Positions 10,225-23,430 of a stretch of DNA of 64,000 nt are shown here, piece after piece. Below the pieces are notes generated by a model. The model saw only the letters and a program-made list of their open reading frames with translations. It had not been told where the DNA came from and made no database searches. Origin of the DNA: an uncultured delta proteobacterium. GTDB taxonomy: Bacteria; Desulfobacterota; Binatia; UBA9968. Where the stretch lies: positions 1-64,000 of the forward strand of contig CAWJZV010000044.1 of the NCBI GenBank assembly GCA_963847445.1. The letters are read 5' to 3'. The position numbers and the translations under genes are program-made. Position 1 is the stretch's first letter; the number at the start of each line of letters is the position of its first letter.

Positions 10225-11517
10225 ATGACTGGCTCTTCAAACGACCAAAAGCTCAAGGTTTTCATCTCGTATTCGCGCGCAGACCTGTCGTTCGCCGACG
10301 AACTGGTCGCCGGTCTTGCCTACGACGGGCGCTACGATGTAACGATCGACCGCCACTCGATCATCGAAGGGGAAGACTGGCGGTTGCGACTCGGCGCGCT
10401 CATCGCCGATGCGGACACAGTGGTCTTCATTCTTTCGCCCGCTTCGGCCAAGTCGGACATTTGCGCCTGGGAAGTTGAGGAAGCGCATCGCCTTTCCAAG
10501 CGCATCCTGCCGGTGCTAGCCGCGCCGGTCGGCGCGATTTCCGTGCCCAAGAGGCTGTCGGCACTCAATTACGTGCGTTTCGATTCGTTCGATGACGGCC
10601 GGCCCCGCTCCTTCATGGCCGGGCTCAACGCGCTGGTTCGGGCGCTCAACACCGATGTTGCCTGGCTGCGTGAGCACACACGCTATTTGGCGCTCGCACG
10701 GAGCTGGGACGAAGCCGGCCGCACGGCTAACCGTTTGCTATCGGGCAGCGATATTTCTACTGCCAAGGGCTGGACGGCAGAGCGGCCCAAAGACGCGCCA
10801 CACCCGACGGAGCTGCATCTCGATTTCATTCGCGCAAGCGAGGAAGCAGAGGCGGCGAGGGCGAGCGCCGAGCGCCAACGAATTGCTGAGATCGATGCGG
10901 CGCAACAGGCTCGTGCTGATGCCTTAACGCAAGTCGAGCTTGCGACAGCGGAAAAACTGGAGACTTCCCGCCGTCTCGTGGGTCGCACACGGGCACTGCG
11001 TGTCGTCGGCGGGTTGTTAGGCTTAGCAATCGTGGCCGTCGCGCTCGTCTACGCGTGGGACCAAAAAACCATGGCGGATCGGCAGGCTACCGTCGCCAAG
11101 GAACAGGCGGCGCTCATCCAGAAACTCGAGGCAGAAACCGCGCGCGCCGACAAGCTTCCCAAACTCGTCTCAAAGTACCCAGAGGGGATCCGTGCCATGG
11201 AAAAGATTTGCCTCGAGGCGATCCAGGTCACGTCGGCGCTCGCCACGACATCCGACAAGAGCACGCATGAGCAGTCGCGGGACCGATTCTGGGAACTCTA
11301 TTATGGCCCCATGTACATCGTCGAGCTTCACCAGGCGAAAAATTCGTCCGGAACTAGCGCCATCGAAACCTCGATGGTGATGTTCGGAAGGCAACTCAAG
11401 GCAGCCGAGGCCGCGAGTGAACCCCTGCCCCACAAGTCATTGTGCTTGGACTCCAAGGCGGTCAGGGATGAGTGCGTTGCCTACTTGAAGGTAGCTGCAA
11501 GGGAGCCCTGCACATAA
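10225..11517 (+). CDS. TIR-domain protein with transmembrane helix and C-terminal extracytoplasmic domain
   Basis: KVFISYSRAD, VVFILSPAS..SDICAWEVEEA; TM VVGGLLGLAIVAVALVYAW. Confidence 0.85.
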   Translation: MTGSSNDQKLKVFISYSRADLSFADELVAGLAYDGRYDVTIDRHSIIEGEDWRLRLGALIADADTVVFILSPASAKSDICAWEVEEAHRLSKRILPVLAAPVGAISVPKRLSALNYVRFDSFDDGRPRSFMAGLNALVRALNTDVAWLREHTRYLALARSWDEAGRTANRLLSGSDISTAKGWTAERPKDAPHPTELHLDFIRASEEAEAARASAERQRIAEIDAAQQARADALTQVELATAEKLETSRRLVGRTRALRVVGGLLGLAIVAVALVYAWDQKTMADRQATVAKEQAALIQKLEAETARADKLPKLVSKYPEGIRAMEKICLEAIQVTSALATTSDKSTHEQSRDRFWELYYGPMYIVELHQAKNSSGTSAIETSMVMFGRQLKAAEAASEPLPHKSLCLDSKAVRDECVAYLKVAAREPCT

Positions 11518-11689
11518 CCGCGTCCTCATCAGAAAAAGTACGGTCACCGATTAGCCGGAAGCACGGGCACACGCGCGCCTGGGCGCGGGCAAATTAGCGC
11601 TCTCGCACCGCTAACCTGCTGTTACCTGCCAGTCTGGATAATGTCGAAATCCTCTCACCCAAACATCGCCTGGCGCTGTCCGCGGGCAA

Positions 11690-12700
11690 CTATTTTCGCC
11701 CGTAGAGCTTTTCGATAAAGCCGCTTTTTCTCAATTCATCGACGAAGCGCAGTTCCACCATCTCCTCGGCCTTGACTTTCACGGCGCGCGGATCGGTCAA
11801 GGCTTGCACCTCCAGCGTTTGCTTCAGACCTTCAATGGTCGGATAGGTGTCAACGACGAGCAGCTCAGAGTTAGCGGTATGAGCGCCTTCCAAGACCTCG
11901 CGCGGCAAGCCGCGGGTATATTTGGCCATGATCTTGATCGAGTCTTCTTTGCGGGTTTTAAAAAAGTGAATCGATTCCGCCATGGTCCAGACCAGTCGGC
12001 GCACTTCATCGGGTTCTTCGCGGATCTTCTTGCGGGTGGTGACGCTGCAGTTGAACTGAAAGGGCACGTTTAGTTTCGCCATGTCGATGACGACCTTCAT
12101 GCCCATCTTTTCACCCTGGATTCGTTCCCCGTCGGTTACCACCGTAAAATCCGCCTGGCCCTGAGCGACCGCGGCAAGCCGGGCCGGCGCACCGCCGACA
12201 GTGATCGCTTTGATGTCTTTGTAATTGACGCCGACTTTGGATAGCGCCAAGCGCATGGCGAAATCCGCAGATGTGCCGGGAATGTGCACCGCCGCCGCTC
12301 GCCCTTTGAGCATCTCCGGTGCACGGATGCTGGCATTGCCGATAATAAAATAAGGCAATGTATTCATCTGGCTCTGGATGATTGCGATGTCCGCGCCGGC
12401 GAGCCTGGCGTTGATCACCGCGGTGCCCACCGCGCCGCTATAGCCGAGATCGCCGGCGATCAGGCTTTGAATCCCGCGCACGCTGCCATTGATGAAAATC
12501 GTGTCGAGATCGAGGCCATGTTTTTTGAACAGACCGGCCTCTTTGGCGATCCAATAAATTACCGAAGAGTTGGTCGAATCGGAGATATAAGCGATGTAGC
12601 TTTTCGCCTCAGCGTCGTGCTGACGCGGCGCCAGTGCCATCAACAGCGTGCACAAGACGGACAATCGAATTCGTCGATTGATCATGAAGCCCTCCTCCAA
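11690..12700 (-). CDS. ABC substrate-binding protein, NMT1/SsuA-like
   Basis: Signal peptide, GLFKKHGLD, VGGAPARLAA, RFVDELRKSGFIEKLY. Confidence 0.85.
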   Translation of the reverse strand: MEEGFMINRRIRLSVLCTLLMALAPRQHDAEAKSYIAYISDSTNSSVIYWIAKEAGLFKKHGLDLDTIFINGSVRGIQSLIAGDLGYSGAVGTAVINARLAGADIAIIQSQMNTLPYFIIGNASIRAPEMLKGRAAAVHIPGTSADFAMRLALSKVGVNYKDIKAITVGGAPARLAAVAQGQADFTVVTDGERIQGEKMGMKVVIDMAKLNVPFQFNCSVTTRKKIREEPDEVRRLVWTMAESIHFFKTRKEDSIKIMAKYTRGLPREVLEGAHTANSELLVVDTYPTIEGLKQTLEVQALTDPRAVKVKAEEMVELRFVDELRKSGFIEKLYGRK

Positions 12701-12998
12701 TCAATGGCGCTACCGGCCATATTGAGCATGTTGACGCTTTATCCGATCCCACGGCACCGAACAAGAGCCATGCTCGGCGGGCGATGCTTTTCAGACAAAG
12801 ATCGCGACCTGGATCCAGGCGCGACGAACGCTTGAGACAGTGCCCTTTCTTGCAGAATCCAATTCAACCTGACAGTTTAGCCATTACAAGTTATCTAAGG
12901 CAAATATTTCATTCCGTAACAAGGCAACCCAACCAAGCGATCTCCTCGCCGGTCAGCTTCGGCGCTCATGACAGGATTTCAGTCACTAGCTCTCGCCC

Positions 12999-14216
12999 AT
13001 GACAAGCCGATTCATTGACACGACGATTTTCCGGTTCAGCGCGCGGAGTTGCGCGATTAGTTGTTTGGTTTGCGCGCTCGATCAGACACTCGTGTTTGGC
13101 GAATCCCATGGGGCCACGAGCACAGGCGTACTTACGGATTTCGTTAGTTTTTGGGCCTCATCGCGGTTGCTGATCGATGGTGGTAATCCATTCTCGCCGG
13201 CGGAAGTTTTACAGCTGCAGCGAGCGGTCGGGTTCAGCGAAGCCCAACCTCTGCTGATTTGGCATCCACCGTGGACGCTTTCGTTTCTTTTGCCGTTCGG
13301 TGCCATGGACTTCCAGCTCGGCCAATTTTGCTGGTTGCTGCTGAATGTTTTCTGCATACTGTTATCGGCGCAAAAGCTCTGGGCGGTTTATGGTCAAGCC
13401 GCAGCAAACGCGTATTGGCCATGGATCGCCGCGTTCACGCTACTTCCAACCTGGATGGTCTTGATCATCGGCCAGATGTCACCGCTGGTGCTTCTGGGGA
13501 TTGTCGGTTTTCTCCATTTTGAAAGGAAAAACCAGCTCTACTTGGCCGGCGTATCGACTGTGGTAATTTCGCTAAAACCGCATTTATTCTATCTGTTTTG
13601 GCTCGGCTTGATGCTTTGGATCTGGCAGGAACGGCGCTGGCGAGTTGCCTGCGGCGCGCTGGTGGCGGGTTTAATCGTTGCCATCGTACCTGCGATTTTC
13701 GATCCGGGGATATATCAGCAGTTTCTCGATTTGTACAAATCCCCTGGACAGTCGACACCCTTTGAATTGCCGGCTCCGAGCCTCGGCAGTTTGCTTACGC
13801 GTTACGTACCCCACGGCAGCATGCCGATTCAGTTCCTACCGCCGCTGCTGGGAACATTCTGGTTCTTGTGGCACTGGCAAAACCATAAAGAGAGGTGGAA
13901 TTGGGCTGAGCAAGTTCCAATGATGCTGTTAGTATCGCTCACTTTGAGCGCGTACGCTTGGACCTACGATCTGGTCATTCTTCTGCCGGCAGTCATTCAT
14001 GGTCTCGCGATCGTAAGTCGGCGAAGTTCGCCGTGGCATAAATCCGGAATTGTATTAATATACGGCGGGATTAACGCTTGCTATTTGGCGGGGAAACTTA
14101 TGGTGACGACCGACTCTTATTATTTTTGGCTCGCTCCGGCATTCTTGTTAACTTACGTTGGACTTCGCGCTGTTTCTCGGACCGACACCGCGGCAGCGCC
14201 ACAAGGAGTTATTTAA
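12999..14216 (+). CDS. GT-C membrane glycosyltransferase (GT87/DUF2029-like)
   Basis: DFVSFW, HPPW, GQ, LKPHL, YAWTYDLVIL motifs; many TM helices. Confidence 0.75.
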   Translation: MTSRFIDTTIFRFSARSCAISCLVCALDQTLVFGESHGATSTGVLTDFVSFWASSRLLIDGGNPFSPAEVLQLQRAVGFSEAQPLLIWHPPWTLSFLLPFGAMDFQLGQFCWLLLNVFCILLSAQKLWAVYGQAAANAYWPWIAAFTLLPTWMVLIIGQMSPLVLLGIVGFLHFERKNQLYLAGVSTVVISLKPHLFYLFWLGLMLWIWQERRWRVACGALVAGLIVAIVPAIFDPGIYQQFLDLYKSPGQSTPFELPAPSLGSLLTRYVPHGSMPIQFLPPLLGTFWFLWHWQNHKERWNWAEQVPMMLLVSLTLSAYAWTYDLVILLPAVIHGLAIVSRRSSPWHKSGIVLIYGGINACYLAGKLMVTTDSYYFWLAPAFLLTYVGLRAVSRTDTAAAPQGVI

Positions 14217-14320
14217 CGCCGTCGGCCTTGATTTAGAACGTTTATCAACCATGTGGGCCGCTCGCGGCCTAGTCATTGCGGCCAGCGCATATATTTAAAG
14301 ATACAGGACAAATTCAAACT

Positions 14321-16003
<1,683 letters not shown>

Positions 16004-16107
16004 ATGACGATAATCGGCCATCGACGGTGCGGCGCATGAAGCTTGGCGCGCTCAATAGCGGCTGGACGGCGGTCTAGCGGCAGTTTCGCCGGATTGGGAC
16101 TCCCGCC

Positions 16108-17415
16108 ATGAGCGACGAAACGCCGGGTGCGCCGCCGGCCGATGGCGAAGGCAAAGCCGCGCGGCCGCACGGCATGCTTGGCTCCTTCGGCGCTCTGCGC
16201 ATCTTCGACGCGCTGCATTACCGCGAATACCGGTTGATCTGGTTCGGCCAGATCTTCGCGTCGATGGCCACCTGGATGGATCAAGTGGCGCGCGGCTGGT
16301 TGCTCTACGAACTGACCAACTCGACGCTCCAGTTGGGGCTGATCCGCGGCGTGCAAGCGATCCCGATTCTGCTGCTCTCGCCCCTGGCTGGGAGCGCGGC
16401 GGACCGTTACTCGCGCAAAAATCAGATCCTGGTCGCCCAGATCGTCGACGGCCTGCTCTACGTCATCGTGGCGATCTTAATCTTCGCCGGGCGCATCGAG
16501 CCCTGGCATGTTTACGTCACCGCGTTCGGCATGTCGATCGTGCAGTCGTTCCAGCAGCCGTCGCGCGCCGCCATGGTCGGCGACGCCGTGCCGACAGAAC
16601 ATATCACCAACGCCATCGGCTTGAATTCGATTATCTTCAACGTTGCGCGCAGCGCCGGCCCGGCGTTCGCGGGCTTTCTCATCGCCCTGGTCGGCACCGG
16701 CGGCGCCTACACGGCGCAAGCGGTTTGCTACTTTCTCGCCACCATCTGGACCTGGCAACTGCGCGCCGGCCAAGACCCGGCGCAGACCGCCGGCGGCAAA
16801 CATGGCCATGACGAATCCTTCGTGCAGAGCATCGTCGAAGGCTGGAAGTTCAGCTGGCGCAACGAAGCGGTGCGCGCCAGCTTGTTGATCGTCATCTGCT
16901 CATCGATCTTTATCATTCCGTTCATGACGCTGTTGCCGGTCTTTGCCCGCGATGTGCTCCATGTCGGCGCCACCGGCCAGGGACTGCTGCTCAGCGCCAT
17001 GGGCATCGGCGCGCTGTTCAGCTCAGTCCTGATCGCATCCTTCGGCGACCGCGTGCCGCGCATCAACATCATGCTATGGGGCGTGACTATGTATGGCATG
17101 ATTATCGCCGCCTTCGCGCTCTCGCCCTGGTTCAAACTATCGGTGCTGCTGATGGGGCTGGTCGGCGTCGTTCATGTTACCTCCCACGCCCTGGCGCAGA
17201 CGGTCATCCAGACCTACTCGCCCAAGGAATTTCGCGGCCGCACCATGGCGCTCTATCACATGACCCATGTGATTCTGCTCGTCGGCGGCATCCTGATCGG
17301 CGCTCTTGCCTCATGGATCGGCGCCCAGTGGGCCACCGCCGCGCTCAGCTTGGCCGGCGCCCTCAGCATGGCGGTCATTTATCTCACCCTGCCGCGCGCC
17401 CGACTGATCCGTTAG
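16108..17415 (+). CDS. MFS transporter
   Basis: 12-TM pattern, GSAADRYSRK motif, EFRGR motif. Confidence 0.9.
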   Translation: MSDETPGAPPADGEGKAARPHGMLGSFGALRIFDALHYREYRLIWFGQIFASMATWMDQVARGWLLYELTNSTLQLGLIRGVQAIPILLLSPLAGSAADRYSRKNQILVAQIVDGLLYVIVAILIFAGRIEPWHVYVTAFGMSIVQSFQQPSRAAMVGDAVPTEHITNAIGLNSIIFNVARSAGPAFAGFLIALVGTGGAYTAQAVCYFLATIWTWQLRAGQDPAQTAGGKHGHDESFVQSIVEGWKFSWRNEAVRASLLIVICSSIFIIPFMTLLPVFARDVLHVGATGQGLLLSAMGIGALFSSVLIASFGDRVPRINIMLWGVTMYGMIIAAFALSPWFKLSVLLMGLVGVVHVTSHALAQTVIQTYSPKEFRGRTMALYHMTHVILLVGGILIGALASWIGAQWATAALSLAGALSMAVIYLTLPRARLIR

Positions 17416-17587
17416 AACAGTGCTCGTAGTTGAAAGCTAAATTTTCGCCTTGACAGTTCCGCGCCATCGGCTAAAGAATCGCAGCATGAAAGCTGACGTT
17501 CGTACGCCCCAAGCGCCAGCCAAATGGCTCGATCGTTCTTTGCTGCAGAGCTACGTGCGAACAAATAGTTCTTGCGAGGGAGCGCTG

Positions 17588-18615
17588 ATGAATCCATTGC
17601 TACGCCAACTTGCGGTTTTGGCTTTTTGGCATTGCCCCTGGTGTACGCCGATACGGTCGACGCCGCCGATCCGAAGCTCGTCGAGGCGGCCAAGAAAGAA
17701 GGCAAACTGGTCGCCTATGTCAGCATGCTGACGGAAAATGCCACCGCTCTGCTCGCCGAGTTCAAGAAAAAATATCCGTTCATCGACACTTCGCTTTTCC
17801 GCGCCAACACGCAAAGGCTCTTGCCGAAAATCCAATTGGAAGCGCGCACCCAGCAGCATGAAGCCGACGTGATCAGCGCGACGTTTACGATCTGGAACGA
17901 GCTCACCCGCGGCAAGCTGGTCATGAAATACGACTCGCCGGAGCGCGCCAAATATCCCGAGACGCTCAAAGATGCCGACGGCTACTGGAACATTCTGCAC
18001 CTGGGCGTCCAGGGCATGGCCTACAATACCAAATTAGTTTCGCCGGACATCGCGCCGAAAAAATACGAAGACCTGCTGCACCCGCGCTGGCGGCCCAAGC
18101 AGATCGCCATGGACTACCGCGACAGCTCATGGATGGCGGTGATGTTGGAAATCATGGGCGAAGCCGAAGGTCTGGCGTTCATGAAAAAGCTCGCCGCCAA
18201 AGATCTCTACATGCGCGAGAACAAAAATCTGCTGACCCAACTGCTCGCCGCCGGCGAGTTCCCGGTGCTGGCCAACACTTATTTGGAAACCTTCGCGAAG
18301 ATCCAAAAAGCCGGCGCGCCCATCGAATGGGTGCCGGGGAGAAATCCGATTCCGGCGTCGACCCACTTGCTCGGCATCTACGCCCACGCGCGCCATCCCA
18401 ACGCCGCCAAGCTATTCGTCGATTTTTTACTATCGCCGGAAGGCCAGAGTCTGACCGCCAATGTCATCGGCAGTTACCCGGCCAATCCCAACGTCGAGTC
18501 GGACTTGCGCAAAAAAACCGCCGGCTACCGCCTCCATCCGGTCAACCCGAAGATGATGGCGCGCTTCGACGAGGTCAACAAACAGTATATGGAAATCTTC
18601 TGGAAAAATCCGTAG
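17588..18615 (+). CDS. ABC extracellular solute-binding protein (Fe3+/AfuA-like); frameshift in signal peptide
   Basis: AAKKEGKLV, YNTKLV, DLLHPRW, HPNAAKLFVDFLLSPEGQ. Confidence 0.85.
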
Positions 18616-18760
18616 GTGCGCCATGAGCGCAAGGTTCGGCAGATCGATGTGAACTTACCCGGTAGCATCTGCCGGTTCATCAGTCGACAGTCCCTGCGTG
18701 AACATCGAACGAGTAAGCTTGATCGTCGAAGGCATTCACCGACTGTCTGTGCCCGCGCGG

Positions 18761-19327
18761 CTAGGCCTTTTGCTCGGCGCCGACGAGCCACAGATAGAGC
18801 GTGTGCGGCCGCTCGATACCCTCATGGCCGTTTTTCTCGGCGTCGAGATTTACCACCGCGGTCGGTTTCCAATCGTCGATATCGAAATCATGGGCGACCA
18901 CTCGCGAGCCGGGCCGGAGCTTTTGCAGCTTGGGACTGATCGCGTTGTTGAACCACTTGAACATGTAGAGCGTCACCACCGTCGCTTTGGAGATATCGGT
19001 CTTGGTGCCGTCCTCGGCGCGGAACTCGACCAGATGGCTGACCCCTTCCTGTTCGGCATTTTTCTTCGCTTCGGCGATGCGCACCGGATCGAGATCGATG
19101 CCGACGCCGCGGGCGCCATATTTTTTCGCCGCCATGATCAAGATCCGTCCGTCGCCGCAACCCATGTCGTAAACGATGTCGTCCTTGGTCACCGACGCCA
19201 GCTCAAGCATCTTCGCCACCACCGGCATCGTGCTCGGCACGTAGGGGATCGGTTCCTGAGACCGAGCCGGAGTCTGAATCGCCGCGAAGACCACTATCGC
19301 CAAAATCACCGTGCGCAATAATTTCAT
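18761..19327 (-). CDS. Class I SAM-dependent methyltransferase with N-terminal signal peptide
   Basis: PYVPS, VYDMGCGDGRI, GIDLD, ATVVTLY, GSRVVAHDF. Confidence 0.85.
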   Translation of the reverse strand: MKLLRTVILAIVVFAAIQTPARSQEPIPYVPSTMPVVAKMLELASVTKDDIVYDMGCGDGRILIMAAKKYGARGVGIDLDPVRIAEAKKNAEQEGVSHLVEFRAEDGTKTDISKATVVTLYMFKWFNNAISPKLQKLRPGSRVVAHDFDIDDWKPTAVVNLDAEKNGHEGIERPHTLYLWLVGAEQKA

Positions 19328-19395
19328 CCTGTCACCTCGAAAGTTTTGTTGCTGAAACCTAGAACCTCTCGCTGCCAAGTCGAATACGTGAATTC

Positions 19396-20572
19396 TCACA
19401 TTTTCCCGAGCTTGGCAAATCGTTCCGCCGCGGCATCAAGGGTCTCATCCTTCTTGCACACCGCGAAGCGGGCGAAAGTATTTGCCCAAGTGCTTGTCCG
19501 ACTCCTGGTAGAATGGGCTCGCCGGGATACAGGCGACGCCGATCTCTTCAATCAGCCAGCGGGCGAACTGCATATCGTCTTGCACATGACCCGGCGCCAC
19601 GCCGCGCCAGTCGATCATGATGAAGTAGCTGCCCTGAGGCTTGAAGACTGTGAAACCGGCGCTGCCCAAGACCTTGAGCATACGATCGCGCCGGGCTTGA
19701 TAACTCGACTGCAAGTTTTCAAAATAGCCGAACGGCAAATTGAGCGCCGTCGCCGCAGCAGCTTGTAGCGGCGCGGCCACGGCGTAGGTAATGAACTGAT
19801 GCGCCTGATTGACCGCCTGTACTAAAGCCGCCGGTCCCATGGCCCAGCCGATTTTCCAACCGGTGACGCTGAACGTCTTGCCCAGGCTACTGATCGTCAG
19901 CGTGCGCTCAGCCATGCCGGGAAGCGTCGCCAGGCGCACATGGCTGGCGTCGTCGTAAACGATATGTTCGTAAACTTCATCGGTGATGGCGACCACGTTG
20001 TGCTTCTGGCACAGCTCGGCGATCGACCGCAGCTCGTCGCGCGAGAAGACTTTGCCGGTGGGATTATGCGGCGTGTTGATGACGATCGCCTTGGTCCGCG
20101 AGTTAAAGGCCTTGGCCAGTTCGTCGGCATCGAAGCTCCAGTCGTCGCCGCGCAGCGCGACATAATGCGGCGTCACGCCGGCCATGACCAGGTTGGGCAC
20201 ATAGGTGTCGTAGACCGGCTCGAAGACGATCACCTCATCGCCGGGGTCGGTCAAACCGAGAATCGCCGCAAACATCGCTTCGGTCGCGCCCGAGGTCACC
20301 AGCACGTCGGTGTCGGGATTCAGCTGCTGGTTGTAGAAGCGCTGGGCATGTTGCGCGATCGCCTGGCGCACCGACGCCATGCCGATGCCCGGCGCGTACT
20401 GATTGAGCGCGCTATTGACCGCCGTGACCGCCGCCGCCAACACTTCCGGCGGCCCGTCGAAATCCGGCGCGCCCTGGCCGAGATTCACCGCGCCATGCTT
20501 GGCCGCCAGAGCGTTAATGTCGGCAAATATCGTCGTGCCGAATCCGGCGACCCGTTGGGACATGGCCGCCAT
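19396..20572 (-). CDS. PLP-dependent class I/II aminotransferase (YbdL/kynurenine aminotransferase-like); frameshift near 3' end
   Basis: VNLGQGAPD, NTPHNPTG, DEVYEH, SLGKTFSVTGWKIGW. Confidence 0.9.
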
Positions 20573-20758
20573 TGTTATCGTTTCACCGCAAAACTCTCCC
20601 ATTCGAATAATCATGATCGCCGCTATCTTTCAACCATAGGGGCGCAGCATGCTGCGCGGATTCCGGGCTCCCGCCTCACGCCTCAAGCCTTCCGCGTGTA
20701 TGCCCTAGACATTTCCGCGCCATTTCAATATTTAGAAGCAGTAACAAGGAGACAAACC

Positions 20759-22256
20759 ATGGCGCAAAGCAATTTCAATCCGGTCGAAGCGACCATCGAC
20801 GACATCCACGCCGGCTACAAATCCGGCCAACTCACCTGCCGCCAGGTGGTGCAGGCCTATTTGGATCGTATCGACGCCTTCGACAAAAAAGGGCCGAACA
20901 TCAACGCCATGATCACGGTCAACGCCGAGGCTTTGAACGAAGCCGACAAACTCGACGCGGCGTACAAATCCTCCGGCCCGGTCGGGCCGCTGCACGGCAT
21001 TCCGGTGATCGTTAAAGATCAGGCCGATGTCAAAGGCATGCCGACGACTCTGGGCTCGCTCTTGTTCAAAGACTACTATCCCGACCGCGATTCCTTCGTC
21101 GCGGAAAAATTGAGGAACGCCGGCGCGGTGATTCTCGGCAAAGCGACCCTGGGCGAACTCGGCGGCGGCGACACCCATGGCTCGCTGTTCGGTTCGACGC
21201 GCAATCCTTACGACACCGAACGCACCGTCGGCGGTTCGTCCGGCGGCTCGGCCGCGGCGGTCGCAGCGAACTACTCGACGGTCGCCGTCGGCCAGGAAGG
21301 GCTTGGCGTCGATCCGCCGGCCGTCGACCTGGAACTGCATCGCCGGCATGCGCCCATCCGCGGGCATCGTCAGCCGCAGCGGCGTCTACGGCTGCTGGCC
21401 GGAAGTGTTCGGCTCCCTGGGTCCGATGGCGCGCACGGTCAAAGACCTGGCGATCCTGCTGGACACCATGGCCGGTTACGACCCGGAAGATCCGATCACC
21501 GCCCGCGGCGTCGGCAATACTCCCGACACGTTCACCAAGTTTTTGAATAAGGATGGACTCAAAGGCGCGCGCTTCGGCGTGCTTGCGCGAGTCCATCGGC
21601 TTGAATTCCGAACCGGACTCGGAAGATTTCAAAAAAATCCACGAAGTGTTCGACAAAGCGCTGCGCGAACTCAAGGCCGCCGGCGCCGAGATCGTCGATC
21701 CGATCGTGATTCCGAAGATCAAAGAATTACTCGCCAAACGCTCCGGCGCTCCCGGCGAAACCGAAGCGTCGTTTAAAAACTATTATGGCCGCAGCGCCAA
21801 CCCGCCGTTCAAGACGCCGCAGGACGCGATCGCAGTCGCCCGGACTTCGCCAAGGTCGTCAAGCGTTCGCAGGAGCGCTTCAAGCGCAACCCCGACGCGA
21901 CCAAGCATTACGAGAGTCTGCGCGCCCAGGACGAGCTGATGACCAACTTCTTGAAAGTCATGGCCGATCATAAGCTCGACGCCATCGTCTACAAGTCGGT
22001 GGAGCATCAACCGACCTTGATCAAAGACGGCATCGCGCCGCCGTTCACCGATCAGAAAGGCGCGCCGCATCTGAATACATTTTTGGTCTATGTGCCGACG
22101 ATCACGGTGCCGGCGGGCTTCACGCGGGATAATTTGCCGGCGGGGCTTTGCTTCATCGGCCGTCCCTACGACGACGGCAACTTGATCAAGTACGCCTACG
22201 CCTACGAACAGGCGACGCACCATCGCCGGCCGCCGGCGAGCACGACGGGGCTGTGA
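20759..22256 (+). CDS. Amidase signature family enzyme (several frameshifts)
   Basis: PLHGIPVIVKD, GGSSGGSAAAV, SIRRPS, AYAYEQATHHRRPP across three frameshifts. Confidence 0.85.
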
Positions 22257-22285
22257 TGTGACCGATCGACGATTTTGAGGCTATT

Positions 22286-23271
22286 TCATTCGTAAAGCTT
22301 CTTGAAAAAACCACTCTGATCGAGGGTTCTGACGATTCTTGCGTCGATGAAGGCAGATGGGTCAGCACCCTTTGCCTTTGGATTATCGTTTTCCAAGAAT
22401 TCCAACAAGGTCTTGACACCCGGTGTGGAGACATAAGGCACGCGGTCAAAATACTTGGAAGTGTAACGCTGATAGGTTTTCTCGATATGTTTATCGTGTG
22501 TAGCGTCCATGCGCAGCCGTTTTTTTAGCACATCCACAGCGACATTCTTATTCTTTGCGATATAAGCGACCGCTTCAGCGTAGCCTTTTATGAACCTCAC
22601 CGCTTGGTCTTCCTGGGTTCTTAAATACTCGCGCCTCGCGGCAATCGTGCTTTGTAACGTGTAGAGACGCATAGCGGCAAGGTCGGCAAGTATTCCGTAG
22701 CCGTATTCTTCAGCGATAAAATCTGTTGGCGAGGTCACCACCGCCGCATCGATCCAACCCTTCTGTAAACTAATAAGCATTGTCGGGGAGGGACCCACCT
22801 GGAGCACGGTCATCTCTTCCGGCCTGATCGACCATCGTTTTAACACCATCAAAAGGGTCGAATGCGTGTTAGATCCAAACGCGCTCACCCCTACCCTTTT
22901 ACCCTTCAAATCCTTTGGATTCTTGAGCCCAGGGTGAGAAATAATTCTTTGCGTTCCCAGATTTACATTCGATGCCACCATAACGACGTCGAGCCCGCGA
23001 AGCGCGGCATTAATCGCACCCACTCCTCCGATAGCCATAAACTGAACCTCATTCGAAGCGAGAGCGTTGATTCCCCGGGCAGCACCACCGCCGATGTAAA
23101 CCACCTCGGGCTCTATGCCATATTTTTTGAAAAGCCCTAAGTCTTCCGCCACCCAGATCGCCCAGTTCGTTGGGGAAAGCGCACTCAATCCGACTCGGAC
23201 CTTTTCGGAACCGTGTGCCGGGAAATGGCACAGGAGAAAACAAATATCAAACTTAAGGTCGCTTTGCTCAT
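22286..23271 (-). CDS. ABC substrate-binding protein, NMT1/SsuA-like (frameshift in signal region)
   Basis: GLFKKYGIE, DLKGKRVG, LDQSGFFKKLYE. Confidence 0.8.
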
Positions 23272-23430
23272 TGAGATCGACCTCATCCCGATTGCCAATT
23301 TCTCAGCTCCGTACAATGGACTAAAATTGTCATCAGGTTTTTCGTTCGTCTCGCTTATCGGTAATTTTGCAGAGAATCAAAGATACGTCTAAAAGGCGGG
23401 CTGACCAAGAACCAAACGGATAAACCAGGG

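Noticed and set aside
19940-20758. Long N-terminal extension on the amidase ORF and other long antisense ORFs (e.g. 27800..29023, 30777..31817)
   Set aside because: Shadow ORFs of GC-rich genes on the opposite strand. The amidase has its own AGGAG RBS and ATG at 20759.
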